Assembly (NCBI GenBank): GCA_965261595.1
Contig: CBDHDG010000007.1
Location: 1,184,001-1,248,000, forward strand
Direction of reading: 5' to 3'
From: a bacterium
GTDB taxonomy: Bacteria > UBA8248 > JACPRG01 > G963555815
DNA: 64,000 nucleotides
Position 1 is the stretch's first letter. Every line of letters starts with the position of its first letter. Position numbers and translations under genes: made by a program. The notes under the pieces were generated by a model that was not told where the DNA came from, made no database searches, and was given only the letters and a program-made list of their open reading frames with translations. Positions 41,932 through 53,061 of this stretch are shown piece by piece.

Positions 41932-43175
41932 AAGCACGGCGGAATGAAAATGATGGTCCCGTCGTCAGGGAGCTTCAAAAACCGGCTTCGCCAAAAACCC
42001 CCCACGGTAGCTCTGGCGAAGCCGGCGGAGCTGGCGAAGCTGGCCTGCTGGGATTTGCAAATGTCCCGCTTCACGGCGTCGATTGGCTTTGGTCGGACTG
42101 GTTGCCGCGCGGCAAGACTACACTCCTCGCCGGCGCGGGTGGTTCGGGAAAAGGCACGTTCGCCGGGCACGTTGCAGCTTGTACAACAGGCGGGCGGCCA
42201 TGGCCTGATGACACGCGGACTGAGCCAGCATATGCGGTTATCGTCTCCCCCGACGACGCCCTTGCCGACACCCTTAAACCGCGACTGCTGCACTCCGGTG
42301 CGGACCTCGACCGATGCCTGCGCTTGTGTGCTGGCGACATCCAGGGCGGAATCGAGCGGATCGCAAACACTTTGCTCCGGTCCGACGTAGACATCGCGCT
42401 TGTCGTCGTCGATATGGTCGAGGCCGGAATGCGACACGGGATGGACGGAAACGCTGCCGGCGATGTGGCCCGCCACTTGTCCGCCTTCAACCGCCTGGCC
42501 GAACGATTAGATGCGGCCGTGCTCGTTTGTCATCACCTGAATAAATGGGTCCGCGTGAAAGTTTTAGAAGGGACACTTTCAAATCTGGTGCGCGGGTCTG
42601 GGGCGTGGACGGACGCCGTCCGCATGTTGTGGCTGATGACAGCGGACGAGAACGACGAAGATGGCTCGCGCATACTCATCCGCGCAAAGTGTAATCTGGG
42701 CGGCGTACCCTGGCTTAAAGGGGGGTACAGGATCACCGCCAGGGACGCTTCCTACGACGGCGAGAACGGGCGGCCCGGAAAAACGACTGTTGTGAAAAAG
42801 GTGACTCAGATCGGCGGGAGCGCGCATGCAATTTTCGCCGCCGCCGTTACACCCGCCGAGTCCGCGGCGCCGGTGAAGGCGGGAAGGCAAGGCGCCGCCC
42901 GCGATGCGATTGTGGAATTTCTTAAGCCCGGCGTGCCCGTGCTTAAAACTCACGTTATCGGCGTCCTGACGGGACGCGGGCATGCGCAGCGCACATTGGA
43001 GCGGGCTGCTGATGAGCTTGAACACGGACGCAAACTAATCGGGCGCAAGAAGCACCGGGACGAGTTTTCCGAAGCTAATAACAATGCCGTGGTTTGGGAG
43101 TTGCCAGCTTTGCCAGCTCCGCCGGCTTTTCCATGTGCGGAAATTGGCGAAGCCGAAGGCGACTCCGATATATGA
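41928..43175 (+). CDS. AAA (RepA/DnaB-like) primase-helicase-type ATPase of an integrative/satellite element
   Basis: VDWLWSDWLPRGK, Walker A GAGGSGKGT, Walker B LVVVD, HHLNK, RGSGAW. Confidence 0.8.
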   Translation: MKARRNENDGPVVRELQKPASPKTPHGSSGEAGGAGEAGLLGFANVPLHGVDWLWSDWLPRGKTTLLAGAGGSGKGTFAGHVAACTTGGRPWPDDTRTEPAYAVIVSPDDALADTLKPRLLHSGADLDRCLRLCAGDIQGGIERIANTLLRSDVDIALVVVDMVEAGMRHGMDGNAAGDVARHLSAFNRLAERLDAAVLVCHHLNKWVRVKVLEGTLSNLVRGSGAWTDAVRMLWLMTADENDEDGSRILIRAKCNLGGVPWLKGGYRITARDASYDGENGRPGKTTVVKKVTQIGGSAHAIFAAAVTPAESAAPVKAGRQGAARDAIVEFLKPGVPVLKTHVIGVLTGRGHAQRTLERAADELEHGRKLIGRKKHRDEFSEANNNAVVWELPALPAPPAFPCAEIGEAEGDSDI

Positions 43176-43210
43176 AATAGGGTGGCAGACGGTGGCACGG
43201 GAGTATTGAC

Positions 43211-43600
43211 ATGAGAGTCCGGCGTCTCATCCTGGGGGTGGTGTGTTGTGTTCTGATCCCATCCATCGGGGCGACCCAGCAGAAGAAAAAGGAAGACGAT
43301 TACAACAGGGGATTTTGCGCCCGTGTGGGAGGGAGAACCGAGGTGCGGCACGAATACACCTATCCCAACGGCAAAGGGTACGTGAGAGTGGACTGTGAAA
43401 CCGATACCACAGTGTACGAAGGCGGCCTGGACAAGCGGAGCAGTCTGGACAGCGTGCAACAAGCCTTGTTCTTCGCTTCGCTGACTGGCAAGAAGCCTGC
43501 TGTGGTGATTTACGACACAGACGGAAGGGTGGGGAAATAGGAGCACCGCATCGAGGTGGCGTGCGAGGCGGCGGGCGTTGAATTTTTGAGGGGCCGATAG
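43211..43600 (+). pseudogene. Small secreted protein (possibly PD-(D/E)XK-like) with an internal TAG at 43538-43540
   Basis: Signal peptide, RVDCET..VYEGG, SVQQALFFA.LTGKKPAVV; the frame continues after the TAG as EHRIEVACEAAGVEFL. Confidence 0.55.
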
Positions 43601-43850
43601 GTCCGATGCACCGCCGCGTTTGAAAGGAGGTAAGCACGTTACCATCCGAGACCTGCGCGCCATGCAAGGCGTTCTGGACAATGACGAGGCGCTTTTGGCG
43701 GGTTTGATTCGCGATTATACACTTGACCCCTCGACCCACTACATGTAGGAATCCGGCCCTGAATCCTAGACCACAAGATGTAGTGGGGGGACAATATATC
43801 GTGATTCTGCCATTGACCCATATGACCGCAAGCTGTAGTGTCGGGGGATT

Positions 43851-44285
43851 ATGGATCAATCGCCAGGAACTATCAGCTACCTTACGGCATTATTGCGAGA
43901 CGAATTGGTCGTACACGGAATCCGATATCTTATTGTCGGAGGTATCGTCGTGATTGGGGTGCTTCGTTTTGGGCGTGGGTATAAGCGGAGGATTGATAAA
44001 CTGGAGAAAATTCAACTGCGGTCCGAAGCAGGGCCTGACACGAAGGAATCTGCCTCTGCGGACTACATCGAAGCCTGTGGTATTGTGGATGCTTATATTC
44101 ATACCGCACTTCATGCAAAGAGTGACAGTGTGAAATTGATCATAAGAAAGGACTTCATGGAGAGATTTGAAAAGACTACCGGTGCTATTATTGGGCTGGA
44201 TCAGTATAACCGGGAATTGCTGCATCAATGGATGCAATCTAATGCCGCAAGGTTCCTGGTCGGTCATAGGGGAGATATGTCTTAA
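43851..44285 (+). CDS. Hypothetical single-TM protein (cassette A passenger)
   Basis: 144-aa ORF with a GGGGGA RBS and one N-terminal TM segment. Confidence 0.55.
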   Translation: MDQSPGTISYLTALLRDELVVHGIRYLIVGGIVVIGVLRFGRGYKRRIDKLEKIQLRSEAGPDTKESASADYIEACGIVDAYIHTALHAKSDSVKLIIRKDFMERFEKTTGAIIGLDQYNRELLHQWMQSNAARFLVGHRGDMS

Positions 44286-44350
44286 ATCGGGCAAGAAGCC
44301 CGCATGCGTTTGTATTGAATCGCCTACGAAATTGAATTTGAGGGTAGGAA

Positions 44351-45296
44351 ATGTCACCAATAGAAGTCTCTATAACGACGGAGCGACCAGAATTGCCGCA
44401 CGCTGATTTTGCATTTTACATTGATTTACAAGAGAGGCGAAGGGCGGGCCTCTCGTATCTTTTCGGCGACACACGAATTTATCAAGGCATGTGAAAAAAT
44501 AGACCGCGAACTCATCACCTCTATCGATGCCAACATAGAAACAGTGATGATGTTGGAAGATATCGAGGCGAGTTCTTTGAAGACTTGGTTTCGCAATGAA
44601 TTAAGGGCTTTCGATGACCAAGCACTGAAAGAACTTGATTGGAAATCAGCAGTTGGGGAATACCTAGTTCATGCGAAATATATTATATTGCGTTGGATGG
44701 ACCAGGACAGAGACGGGAAAAACATATCGGCTTCGAGTGACCTACCGACTCTTAGACGAGAAATCCAAAAGCTCGCTTCGGAAACTGATGTACGACACAT
44801 TCCCGATTATGGCCCAGTTAATCCGTCTGCGTTAATTCGCGCAATCAAAGATTTTGAGGGTGTCAAGGACCACCTAGTAGAAGGCGATAAGGCATCAATG
44901 GTTTTGCCGAACGAAGAAACGGTGGGTTTTAATTTATCGGTTCGTTTGGACGTAGCAAATATTGAGGCGTTGGCAATCCGAGAAAAGCAGGAGTATTCCG
45001 TTCCATCAATGGTTTTAATTGTCAAGAAACCAGACTACCTTGGTAGCAGTATGTGGGACCTGCGACACGGCAACAAGCCTATCACCGCACGGATTGAACA
45101 TGAAGAATGGCTGCGCGAGTTTCAGAACCGGAGGGTCGATGTTCGCCCCGGCGATGCGTTGCGATGTAAAGTCCGAATAGAAATGAATTATGGCCACGAT
45201 AACGAATTGATTTCAGAGAAGTATTATGTGGAGAACGTGCATGGAGTTCTTGAAAATAAATTCCAACAAGATTCTCTTTTCGATCCAGACGAATAA
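44351..45296 (+). pseudogene. Hypothetical protein (cassette A passenger), probable frameshift near 44424
   Basis: The ATG 44351 frame (…ADFAFYID) joins the long ORF (YKRGEGRASRIFS…) if one T is removed. Confidence 0.6.
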
Positions 45297-46488
45297 GGAT
45301 GAGCGGGAATCACGCTACCAATTTGCGATATTGAAGCGGCTCGGTGTTCATAATACACTTGATAAGATCCTACATCTTGTGGTTCTGGCTTTTTGGGCCA
45401 TTTTCCTATATGTAGTGGTCGTCTGCGTCAAGACATAACCTCGGTTTGATTATTATGGACCCTCTGGGGCCAACGAAGGACGGGAATTTTCACAGGGATA
45501 TGGGCGCAGGAGGGGGACCTGGAAGTTGATGGGGTCAAATACAGTCCGGACGCAGATACTGATGGTGGGGAGATACTGGAGGGGAGGAGGACAAAGGGTA
45601 ACCACCTAAAAGCCCATAACTCATAATTCCGATTCTCTTGAGTGAGATGCACTTAACCCGCATTTCCCATATGGATCATAAGTTTTGTCGGACCGAATGC
45701 CATTTTCTCGTGTAAGATCAAGGTGTTGGCCTCTCCCTGCCATCATCTTGCGAGGGGACCCAATGGGTGAAGCGAAGAAGGGGGCTTTGAAGATCCGTTT
45801 TGACCGTCGGCTGAGGCTTGAGTTTCACGGAACCAGAATCACTTCGGATGCAGGATTGCTGGCCTGCCGGGAGCTGGATGATGCGCTGGGTTTGACGGTG
45901 AGAGCGCCAGTGCAATTGCAAGAGATCCGTCATGGCCGGAACATCCAGCATGAGTTGGCGCCGCTATTGCGCCAGTCGGTCTATAGCCGCTTGGCAGGGT
46001 ATGAAGACACCAACGATGCCGAGCGGTTGGCCCAGGACCCCGCGATGCAAGCCGTGGTCGGCCGCCGAGCGCTTGAGAAGCAGGCGGCGGGCGCCAACAC
46101 CCTGAGCCGGTTCGAGACCGAGGTTCTCACCAGGGAGGAAAATCTCAAGGGGCCGGAGCGAGCTGAACCGGGAGTGGGTGGACCGGGCCATGGCACACTC
46201 ACCCCATCAGCGAATCATCCTGGACATGGACAGCTCGGAAAGCCCCGTCCATGGGGAGCAGGAAGGTACGGCCTACAACGGCCACTTTCGTTGCACCTGT
46301 TATCACCCTCTTTTTTGCTTTAACCAGTTCGGGGACTGCGAAGGGGCGATGTTGCGCCCCGGCAACGTGCACAGCGCCGATGGCTGGCGCGAGTTGCTTT
46401 CGCCCATCGCGGCCCGGTATGAGCGGGCGGGTGTTCGCCGTTACTTCCGAGCCGATGCCGCCTTTGCGCGCCCGGAGGTCTATGAGTG

Positions 46489-47446
46489 CGTGATTATGCC
46501 CTTGACGCAGTAAGACACAAGATATGGTGGTCCCTCGAAAATTGAATCCGACCCACTACATGTGGTATATGGAACTTCAAAGGGTGGAAGCCCCGAGGGA
46601 ACCCCGGGGCGTTGCTACAAGAGAGGACCTCACAGACCCTCCTTGTAGCAAATCCCCAAGCCCGTGTCAACCTCGATTTTCTGGGGGTCTGCCCATGCGT
46701 ACTATCGGCGGTTGCATACTTACAACTGCCCTCATCGCATCTTCCGCCGTCATGGCTGGAGAATCCAACAAGGCCTGTTTTATCGGAAAAGGTGCGGTGT
46801 ACAGCCCCGCTTATGTGGATTTGGAACGAAGAAAACTCATACTTCGCATGTTGGACGATCGCGATTTGGTAGCTTTGTATAAACTTGGATACCGAAACGC
46901 AAAGGAGAAATGGCGTATTTTCATGGTGAGTGAGCATCCAAAAGGATTCCAATACCTGAAGAGCATCCCTGGCTCTACGACTTTCCGTTTTGAAGGGGAA
47001 TTCAAGGTTTTTGAGACGTTGTGCGAGTTCATCTCGTGCAAATAAGTGGAAAATAAGATTTACAAGTGCAGCGCCAGGGGATCCCGCCCCTGGCGCTGCG
47101 GTTCCATCACCACCCAACCTTGAAGGAGGACTGGGGCAATGGAAGCAAAATGCGAAGGATTTGACGTTTTTGAATGGTTCATCTCCGAAGCAGCCTCTAG
47201 GGTTATTGATCTTCTCTTCTATGCGGGTTTCTACTTGATGGGGATAAGGAATAAGAAACCGCCGAAGAAACGCATCCCACTCGAAATTCGGGGCTCTTAC
47301 GTCGGGCCACCAGCCATCATCAATGGGAGGATATGTGGTTCCACGGGTCCCTAAAAGTGACCCCCTCCTGTTGGATAACCACAACATGTAGTGTCTCAAA
47401 ATCGCACCTATATCTTGTGTCTTACTGCGTCAAAGGCATAATCACG
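46489..47446. mobile_element. Non-autonomous IS1595-like cassette B (958 bp) nested in the IS1380
   Basis: 8-bp TSD TATGAGTG (46481-46488 and 47447-47454); 37-bp IR with one mismatch, CGTGATTATGCC(C/T)TTGACGCAGTAAGACACAAGATAT. Confidence 0.92.
46695..47045 (+). CDS. Small secreted hypothetical protein (cassette B passenger)
   Basis: Signal-peptide-like N-terminus MRTIGGCILTTALIASSAVMA. Confidence 0.55.
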   Translation: MRTIGGCILTTALIASSAVMAGESNKACFIGKGAVYSPAYVDLERRKLILRMLDDRDLVALYKLGYRNAKEKWRIFMVSEHPKGFQYLKSIPGSTTFRFEGEFKVFETLCEFISCK

Positions 47447-48447
47447 TATGAGTGCCTGGAAGCGCACAGCTTCCTTTACGCCATCCGCCTTCCCGCCAAC
47501 GACGTGGTGCAGCGAGAGATCGACTTCCTCCTCACCCGCCCGGTCGGTCGCCCGCCCAAGAGACCCATCATCTTCTATTACGACTTCCGGTATCAGGCTG
47601 GAAGCTGGGACCGTTCCCGGCGGGTCGTGGCGAAGGTGGAATGGCACTCAGGCGAACTCTTCCCTCGCGTCGGATTCATTGTCACGAACCTGACGGCTCG
47701 ACCCGAGGGGGTCGTGCACTTCTACAACCAGCGAGGCACAGCCGAGCAATGGATCAAGGAAGGCAAGTACGCCCTGAACTGGACACGCCTTTCCTGTCAC
47801 CGGTTCGTGTGCAACCAGGTGCGGCTCCTTCTCTTCGTCCTGGCGTACAACCTGGGCAATTTCCTGCGCAGGCTAGCCTTGCCCAGGGGGCTCAAGCACT
47901 GGTCGCTGCGAAGCCTCCAGGTCAAGCTCATCAAAATGGGCGGGAGGATTGTGCGGCACGCCCGGCAGATCATCTTTCAATTGGCCGAAGTAGCGGTATC
48001 CAGGGAAGAGTTCGCCATCATCCTGGACCGAATCAACCGATTACGGCCGGTGCCGGTCTAACCTTGTGCAGAGGGTTCCCGGCAGCATGAGGTGATTGGT
48101 TAACGGGTTGAACCGCGAACAAAGGGGACCGAAGGGCGAGGGTCCGCCTTTTGGGGCAGTCGATGGCCGTCAGCACCTTGTTGCGGAGGGTTGGAAGGCT
48201 CTTGACAAACCCATCGGAAGGGGATCAACTGGTTTTCATCGGGAAAGGGGACCGGAAACCACCCAAGCAAGTTGATATGGGAAATTCCGGGTACACCCAA
48301 TGTGGATGGACATTCTTCGCCCGCCCGTCGGGTGAGCATGTTAACTTTGTTTTCCCGAATGTGAGGAGAAAAGCCGCATCGCACGGGACGGCCTTCGACG
48401 TCTCCGCGGGCGATTGGCCTCATGCGCAACCGAGAGGGGAGGGAACG

Positions 48448-49521
48448 ATGATGGCTGAGACTTCTCCGCAAGGATGGGAAGGGCCCATCGAGGATTATCC
48501 GCTGACCAACTATCCGGATTTCGAGCCGGGTGTGCCGCCCCGGGTCGAGGTCCTTGAGCAATTCGGCTTCCTCGACGAGGTGGAAAACATCTGGGGCTCC
48601 CGTTGGGGGGGCGGACAGGGGATCGGCAGGCTGCGGGAGGTCGCTCTCATCTGGCCGACCGAGCACGAGGTGGATCCCCTGTGGGAAAAGGACCGCAACT
48701 TCTTCTTCCTCCGCCGGGTCCGCATCGACCTCGAGCGGCTTCAGCGCGGGTTCGAGGACTATGCCAAGCTCCTCGAGAGCCTGGGCGTCAAGGTCCGCTG
48801 GATGAAGGCGCCCCATAGTTGGGGGGCCTACGGGCCCATGCGGAAGCTGTTCATGGCGGCCTTCCCACTTGTGATCAAGGGTGGCGCCATCGTCTCCCGC
48901 CAGGGGCACGCTTCCTACATCCGGGGGCTGGAGGTCAACTTCACGAAATTCTTCGCCGAGATCAATTGCCCGATCCTCCACACGATCCACGGCCACGGGA
49001 TCTGCGAAGTGGGTGTTTTCGTTCCGGTGGCCGAAGACGTGATCATGGGCTACCGGTCCTGTTCGTCCAATGAGGACGGCCTGGCCCAGGTCCTCTCGGT
49101 GTTCGAGCGCAGCGGCGTGAAAGAGACCCCCATTGCCAACTGCGGGACCGTCATCAATGATTTCGAGGCGGGCGGGGAGTTCCATCTGGACATGGTCTTC
49201 GGCGTGGCCGATCTCCGGGTGGCGGTCGTCTACCCCGGGTATCTGGATTACAGCGTCTACCGCTGGCTGAAGGAAAAGGGCTTCCGGATCATCGAGGTCC
49301 CGAAAGACGAGCACCACAAGGTTTATCCGGCCAACTTCATGATCATCGAACCGGGGAAGATCATCATCGACGCACAGGCCAAAGAGACCATCAAGCGCCT
49401 GCGCGCGACCGAAGTCGAAGTCATCGAGTTCGACACCACCGGGCTTCAGGCGGGGACGAACGGGATCCGCTGCGTCACCCTTCCCCTCGTCCGCGACCCC
49501 GGCCCCGGCCTCGATGACTGA
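48448..49521 (+). CDS. Amidinotransferase/arginine deiminase/DDAH (pentein) family protein
   Basis: GRLREVAL..P, FHLDMV, YPANF and the C-terminal nucleophile motif GTNGIRCVTLPL. Confidence 0.85.
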   Translation: MMAETSPQGWEGPIEDYPLTNYPDFEPGVPPRVEVLEQFGFLDEVENIWGSRWGGGQGIGRLREVALIWPTEHEVDPLWEKDRNFFFLRRVRIDLERLQRGFEDYAKLLESLGVKVRWMKAPHSWGAYGPMRKLFMAAFPLVIKGGAIVSRQGHASYIRGLEVNFTKFFAEINCPILHTIHGHGICEVGVFVPVAEDVIMGYRSCSSNEDGLAQVLSVFERSGVKETPIANCGTVINDFEAGGEFHLDMVFGVADLRVAVVYPGYLDYSVYRWLKEKGFRIIEVPKDEHHKVYPANFMIIEPGKIIIDAQAKETIKRLRATEVEVIEFDTTGLQAGTNGIRCVTLPLVRDPGPGLDD

Positions 49522-49569
49522 CCGGGAGTCATCCAGGTTCAGACATTCAAGGAGGACGAAGACGTGAGT

Positions 49570-49940
49570 GGAGATCCCCGTTCCAGCAGCTTGAGCGCCT
49601 GAAGAAGAATTGGCCCCTGTGACCAGGGCGGACACATGTATAGCGTAAAGTCTTTATACCGCACAGAGACAGGCGCCTCGACCTTCGGGAGGAACCGGGC
49701 GAGATCATCCGCCGCCAGGAACCCACCGCGTTCCCTAAAAAATGACGCAATCTTCCGCGCAATCGGTCCAACGTAGAACGCATCTCGCGCGGCTTGAAGG
49801 CCGGCGAGTCGCCCGCGACTTCGGGCCTTCCGTTCGGCGTTGACCATTCGGCGAATCACACCGGCCAAATCCCGCTGTACAAACTTTTCTCCGATCTTGG
49901 GTGCAGCCCCGCCGGGTAGGAGTACATCCGCCCCTAGAGG
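49570..49940 (-). pseudogene. Internal fragment of a gamma-glutamyltransferase
   Basis: GEKFVQRDLA...AARDAFYVGPIA...GGFLAADDLA...PPWSQGPILLQALKLLE; both termini missing. Confidence 0.8.
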
Positions 49941-50172
49941 TCCGGCGCAACTTACGCGAGCGGGTTTGGCAAATACTTGAAGAAACCGGAGCCGCGCAAG
50001 GCTGACATGTGGCGACAAATCGAAAAGCTGAAACGGGCGATTGAAGCCTATCGGGGGGAGGGAAGGTACTCCGTATCGTCCGGGGGCCGGACCGGCTACG
50101 GCGGGTCTATTACGCATGGCGGGCTTCGCAACTCGATTACCGGACAGGGCGGAGCGTTCGACAAGACCGAAT

Positions 50173-50259
50173 CTGGAGTTACCCCGTTTCAGTGGACAGT
50201 TTAGGGCTGTCGTCCCCCGCCCTGAGGTGGGCGACAGCCGGTGGACGTAAAGTCTTCTC
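50173..50259 (+). repeat. 87-bp structured direct repeat, copy 1
   Basis: 77 of 87 bases match 61885-61971; starts with an IS3-end-like TGGAGTTACCCCGTTT..GTGGACA followed by a hairpin. Confidence 0.85.
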
Positions 50260-50669
50260 GCCGGCTCCATTTTGGGGGATGGAGGTGAAAAGGCGCAATG
50301 CTCCCCTTTCCGCTTTATGCACACCATGTAAGGTCTGCATGTTGCCTCCGATCAAGAGGAGCCCGAAAATTCGGACCGCGTACTCGGTTCCCCTGCCTGC
50401 CGACCATCAGGCCCTAGAAGTATCGATCAGTCCACTTCCAGCCGCTGCCCTTACGGGCGACCGCAGCGCGGCCCATGCAAAGCACCGGGATGCAAGGGGT
50501 TGCGCAGAACGTGTCTACGCAGGCCGGATTTGCCAGCAGAGCCCGGAATTTTCGTGCCCGCCTTGCTGTCAGCGGGCGCTCCCGAATATTTTGTCCATCG
50601 CCTCCGGTGTCGGCGGGTTTTCTCGCCTGGCGCGTCACGTCTGGAGCATCCCCAGACCGGGAAAGAAGT

Positions 50670-51347
50670 TCATGCCTTCTGTATCCCAAATTTTGTCGCA
50701 AGAATGTGAGCGTGTGATTTGTCGGCCAGCAGAGCCCGCTTGATTGCGGCCAACCGCCGTTTCAGTTTCCGGGTTTCCCTTCGTGCGGTTTCCAAGAGAT
50801 CATACGTTTCCGCCGATTTCTTTTTCTCGCGCATGAGCGACAGTTCGATCTCGTTTTGCTTGTCCTGGCTGGCGGCACGATCCACCGGACCGGCAGAGGC
50901 AAGTTGCTCCCTTGTTTCCTTAAGCTCCTTCCTCATCTGAGCCGTTTCGACTTCAGCGCGTTCGGCCCGGACGCGATCCGTTTCTACCTCGATTTCCACA
51001 ACCTCTTCCCTGGATGGTTCCTCCGATTCTGGATCGCGCTTCTTTGGAGGCTTCGGAGGAAGAGATTTTAGGGCCGAATCGATGGTTTCAAATTCCCCAA
51101 TTTGGGGAATTTGAATTCGAGCCAGACTCATCAAGCGATGTGACGTACCCTTAGAAATTCCCTCAGTCTCAAGAAAATCCATCCATGAGCCGTGGGCCTT
51201 GAGGTTCTTGATCTCGGTCAGTGCGCGCCCCGCCGTCCATGCCAGCTCGACCGTCATTCGACCTAGCCTTGTAACTTCTGCATAAGTCACCCGGAATTCC
51301 GTTTCCAGGTCGGCGAGGCTCTTTCCTGTTGGCTGTACACCGTTCAT
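50670..51347 (-). CDS. Phage/satellite-type protein (DUF3102-like N-terminus + coiled coil)
   Basis: AW.AGRALTEIK..KAHGSWMDFL...GIS..TSHRLM; overlaps the AlpA stop. Confidence 0.6.
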   Translation of the reverse strand: MNGVQPTGKSLADLETEFRVTYAEVTRLGRMTVELAWTAGRALTEIKNLKAHGSWMDFLETEGISKGTSHRLMSLARIQIPQIGEFETIDSALKSLPPKPPKKRDPESEEPSREEVVEIEVETDRVRAERAEVETAQMRKELKETREQLASAGPVDRAASQDKQNEIELSLMREKKKSAETYDLLETARRETRKLKRRLAAIKRALLADKSHAHILATKFGIQKA

Positions 51348-51553
51348 TTGCCGCGTCCCAGTTCTCCGGTCGCACGGGGTCGGCTGTCGATGTAGTCGCG
51401 TATTTCGGATTCTCGCCAGCGCACGGCCCTGCTGGAAATCCGGATCGGCAATGGAAATTTTGGCGGTTTCGATCTGATTAGTCTGTAAATTGAGGATCGG
51501 GAAAGTTTGGTGAGCGTTTCGACTTCGGGTCGCGTCAACAATCGATATTTCAT
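51344..51553 (-). CDS. alpA: AlpA family phage regulatory protein
   Basis: RLLTRPEVETLTKLSRSSIYRLI...FPLPIRISSRAVRWRESEI. Confidence 0.9.
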   Translation of the reverse strand: MKYRLLTRPEVETLTKLSRSSIYRLIRSKPPKFPLPIRISSRAVRWRESEIRDYIDSRPRATGELGRGK

Positions 51554-51657
51554 CACATCCTCCAGGAAAACATTTGATTCGCTACTTCCTGAAAGATGCA
51601 ACTTTTTCCCAGATGCTTCAAAACCTAACGAAAGGGGGGTGCGTTTTAGGGTGTTAA

Positions 51658-53061
51658 TGGACCGCCCCTGGGTTATTGGACACTCGGGTGAGGGTATTCG
51701 ACCTCATGCGGCCTCCGCAACTTGAGCGAGTTTTTCCTGCCTTGCCTGGGCCGGCGTTCGGTAGCCGTAGCCCTCGAGAATCCAATGATGGTTGTACAGG
51801 TTCTTGAACTCAAGCAGCGCCCACCGCAGTTCCTCTACGGTGGCGAAAGAGCGCACCCACAGGAGATTCTCCTTCAAGATGCGGATGAACCACTCACAGT
51901 AGCCATTTCCCTCGGGCGCCCGCACGAAGCTGGGCGAACTGGTCATGCCCAGGTAGGTGATCTCCCGCTGAAAGTCATCGGACAGATAGGCGGGGCCGTG
52001 GTCGTGACGAACTTTAAGCCCCTCGGCGACGTCCGCCTCCAAGCCGGCGAAGCGCTCGGCGACCCCCTGCCGGATCGGCTCCAGGGCCTCGAAGCGGTTG
52101 CCGCTCTTGGCCGCATGGATCCCCACGCAGTCCACCGAGCAGTGATCCACCGCCACGAACACCGAGGCCACCCCCTCCTCGGTGGTCACCGTCGTCGTCA
52201 TGTCCGTGCCCCACATTCGGTCGGGCCGCTCGGTGCGGATGGTCCCGTTGTGGGCCTTGGGACCTCGGGGTTTGCCCACCCGGTGGGGGGCCTGAAGCCC
52301 CGCCTCCCGCATCAGGCGACGCACCCGCTCCTTGCTGGTGCGGATGCCCGCGAAGCGCAGCCTCGCCCACACCTTGCGGTAGCCCTCGCCATGGAAGGGA
52401 GAGTCCTCCAGGACCTGCCGGATGTGGCCGAGGAGTTCCGCATCGGTGCACGGGCCCACAGGGCCGCGCTTATTGGGCGTGGGGCGTTCATGAACGGGGA
52501 CCGCCTCTCGCCGCCGTTGCGCGTAGACCGTGGAGCGCGCCAAGCCCCAAAGGGCGCACACCCGCTTCAGGCCGTAGGCTCTGCCCGTGGAGGTGAAGCG
52601 GGCCTGACTCATCGCCTCCACCTCCTGCCGGCTAAAGGGCGGCCGGCCTCCAGGCGGTCGATCTTCTCCCGCAGGACCTCGCCCTCCATCGTGAGTTCGC
52701 CCACCTTGGCCTTGAGCCGGGCGTTCTCCTCGTCCCGCTCATCCGCCGGGCGGGCTTTGAGCGCCGCCTCGCCCCCGCGAAGGAACGCCTCGCGCCAGGC
52801 GGAAAGCCGAACCGCTGTCGTGCCCAACTCGCGGCAGAGCGTCTCCAGGCTCTCGCCCCGCAAAAGACGCAGGACCGCCTCCCGCTTGCGCTGGCAGGAG
52901 AACCGACCCCGCTCACTGCGATGCCCTGGGGCCTTGGCTCCGTTCGCCCTGCGGGCGCCCTCCGCCAAAGCCCCCTCTTGCTTTTGTTCGTTCATCGCGA
53001 CACCCCTTTCTCCATGAATCATGGATCAATCGAGTGTCCAACAAAACCCTAGAGCGGGGGA
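51658..53061 (-). mobile_element. IS3-family insertion sequence, copy 2 (orfA 52609-52995, orfB 51704-52612)
   Basis: Inverted copy of 4250-5653 with at least two amino-acid differences (A/V in OrfA, A/T in OrfB). Confidence 0.9.

Larger units (their letters stand above)
43710..45443. mobile_element. Non-autonomous IS1595-like cassette A with passenger genes
   Basis: 8-bp direct repeat GTTTGATT at 43702-43709 and 45444-45451; imperfect IRs CGCGATTATACACTTGAC / CGAGGTTATGTCTTGAC; low GC; no transposase. Confidence 0.8.
45763..48061 (+). pseudogene. IS1380-family transposase, frameshifted near 46150 and split by an insertion at 46489-47446
   Basis: ITSDAGLL, GYEDTNDA, ILDMDSS, FRADAAF, YNQRGTAEQWIKEGK. 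Confidence 0.9.
45657..48291 (+). mobile_element. IS1380-family element, disrupted
   Basis: IRs CCCGCATTTCCCATAT / ATATGGGAAATTCCGGG; transposase interrupted by a nested cassette. Confidence 0.85.

Noticed and set aside
50532..50738. 14-bp direct repeat GCCAGCAGAGCCCG at 50532 and 50725
   Set aside because: Only two short GC-rich copies with no supporting structure
52913..53061. C-terminal tail of the 979-aa Res ORF and of ORF 4174-4398 (PRSRVLLDTRL...)
   Set aside because: Read-through into IS sequence, not native protein
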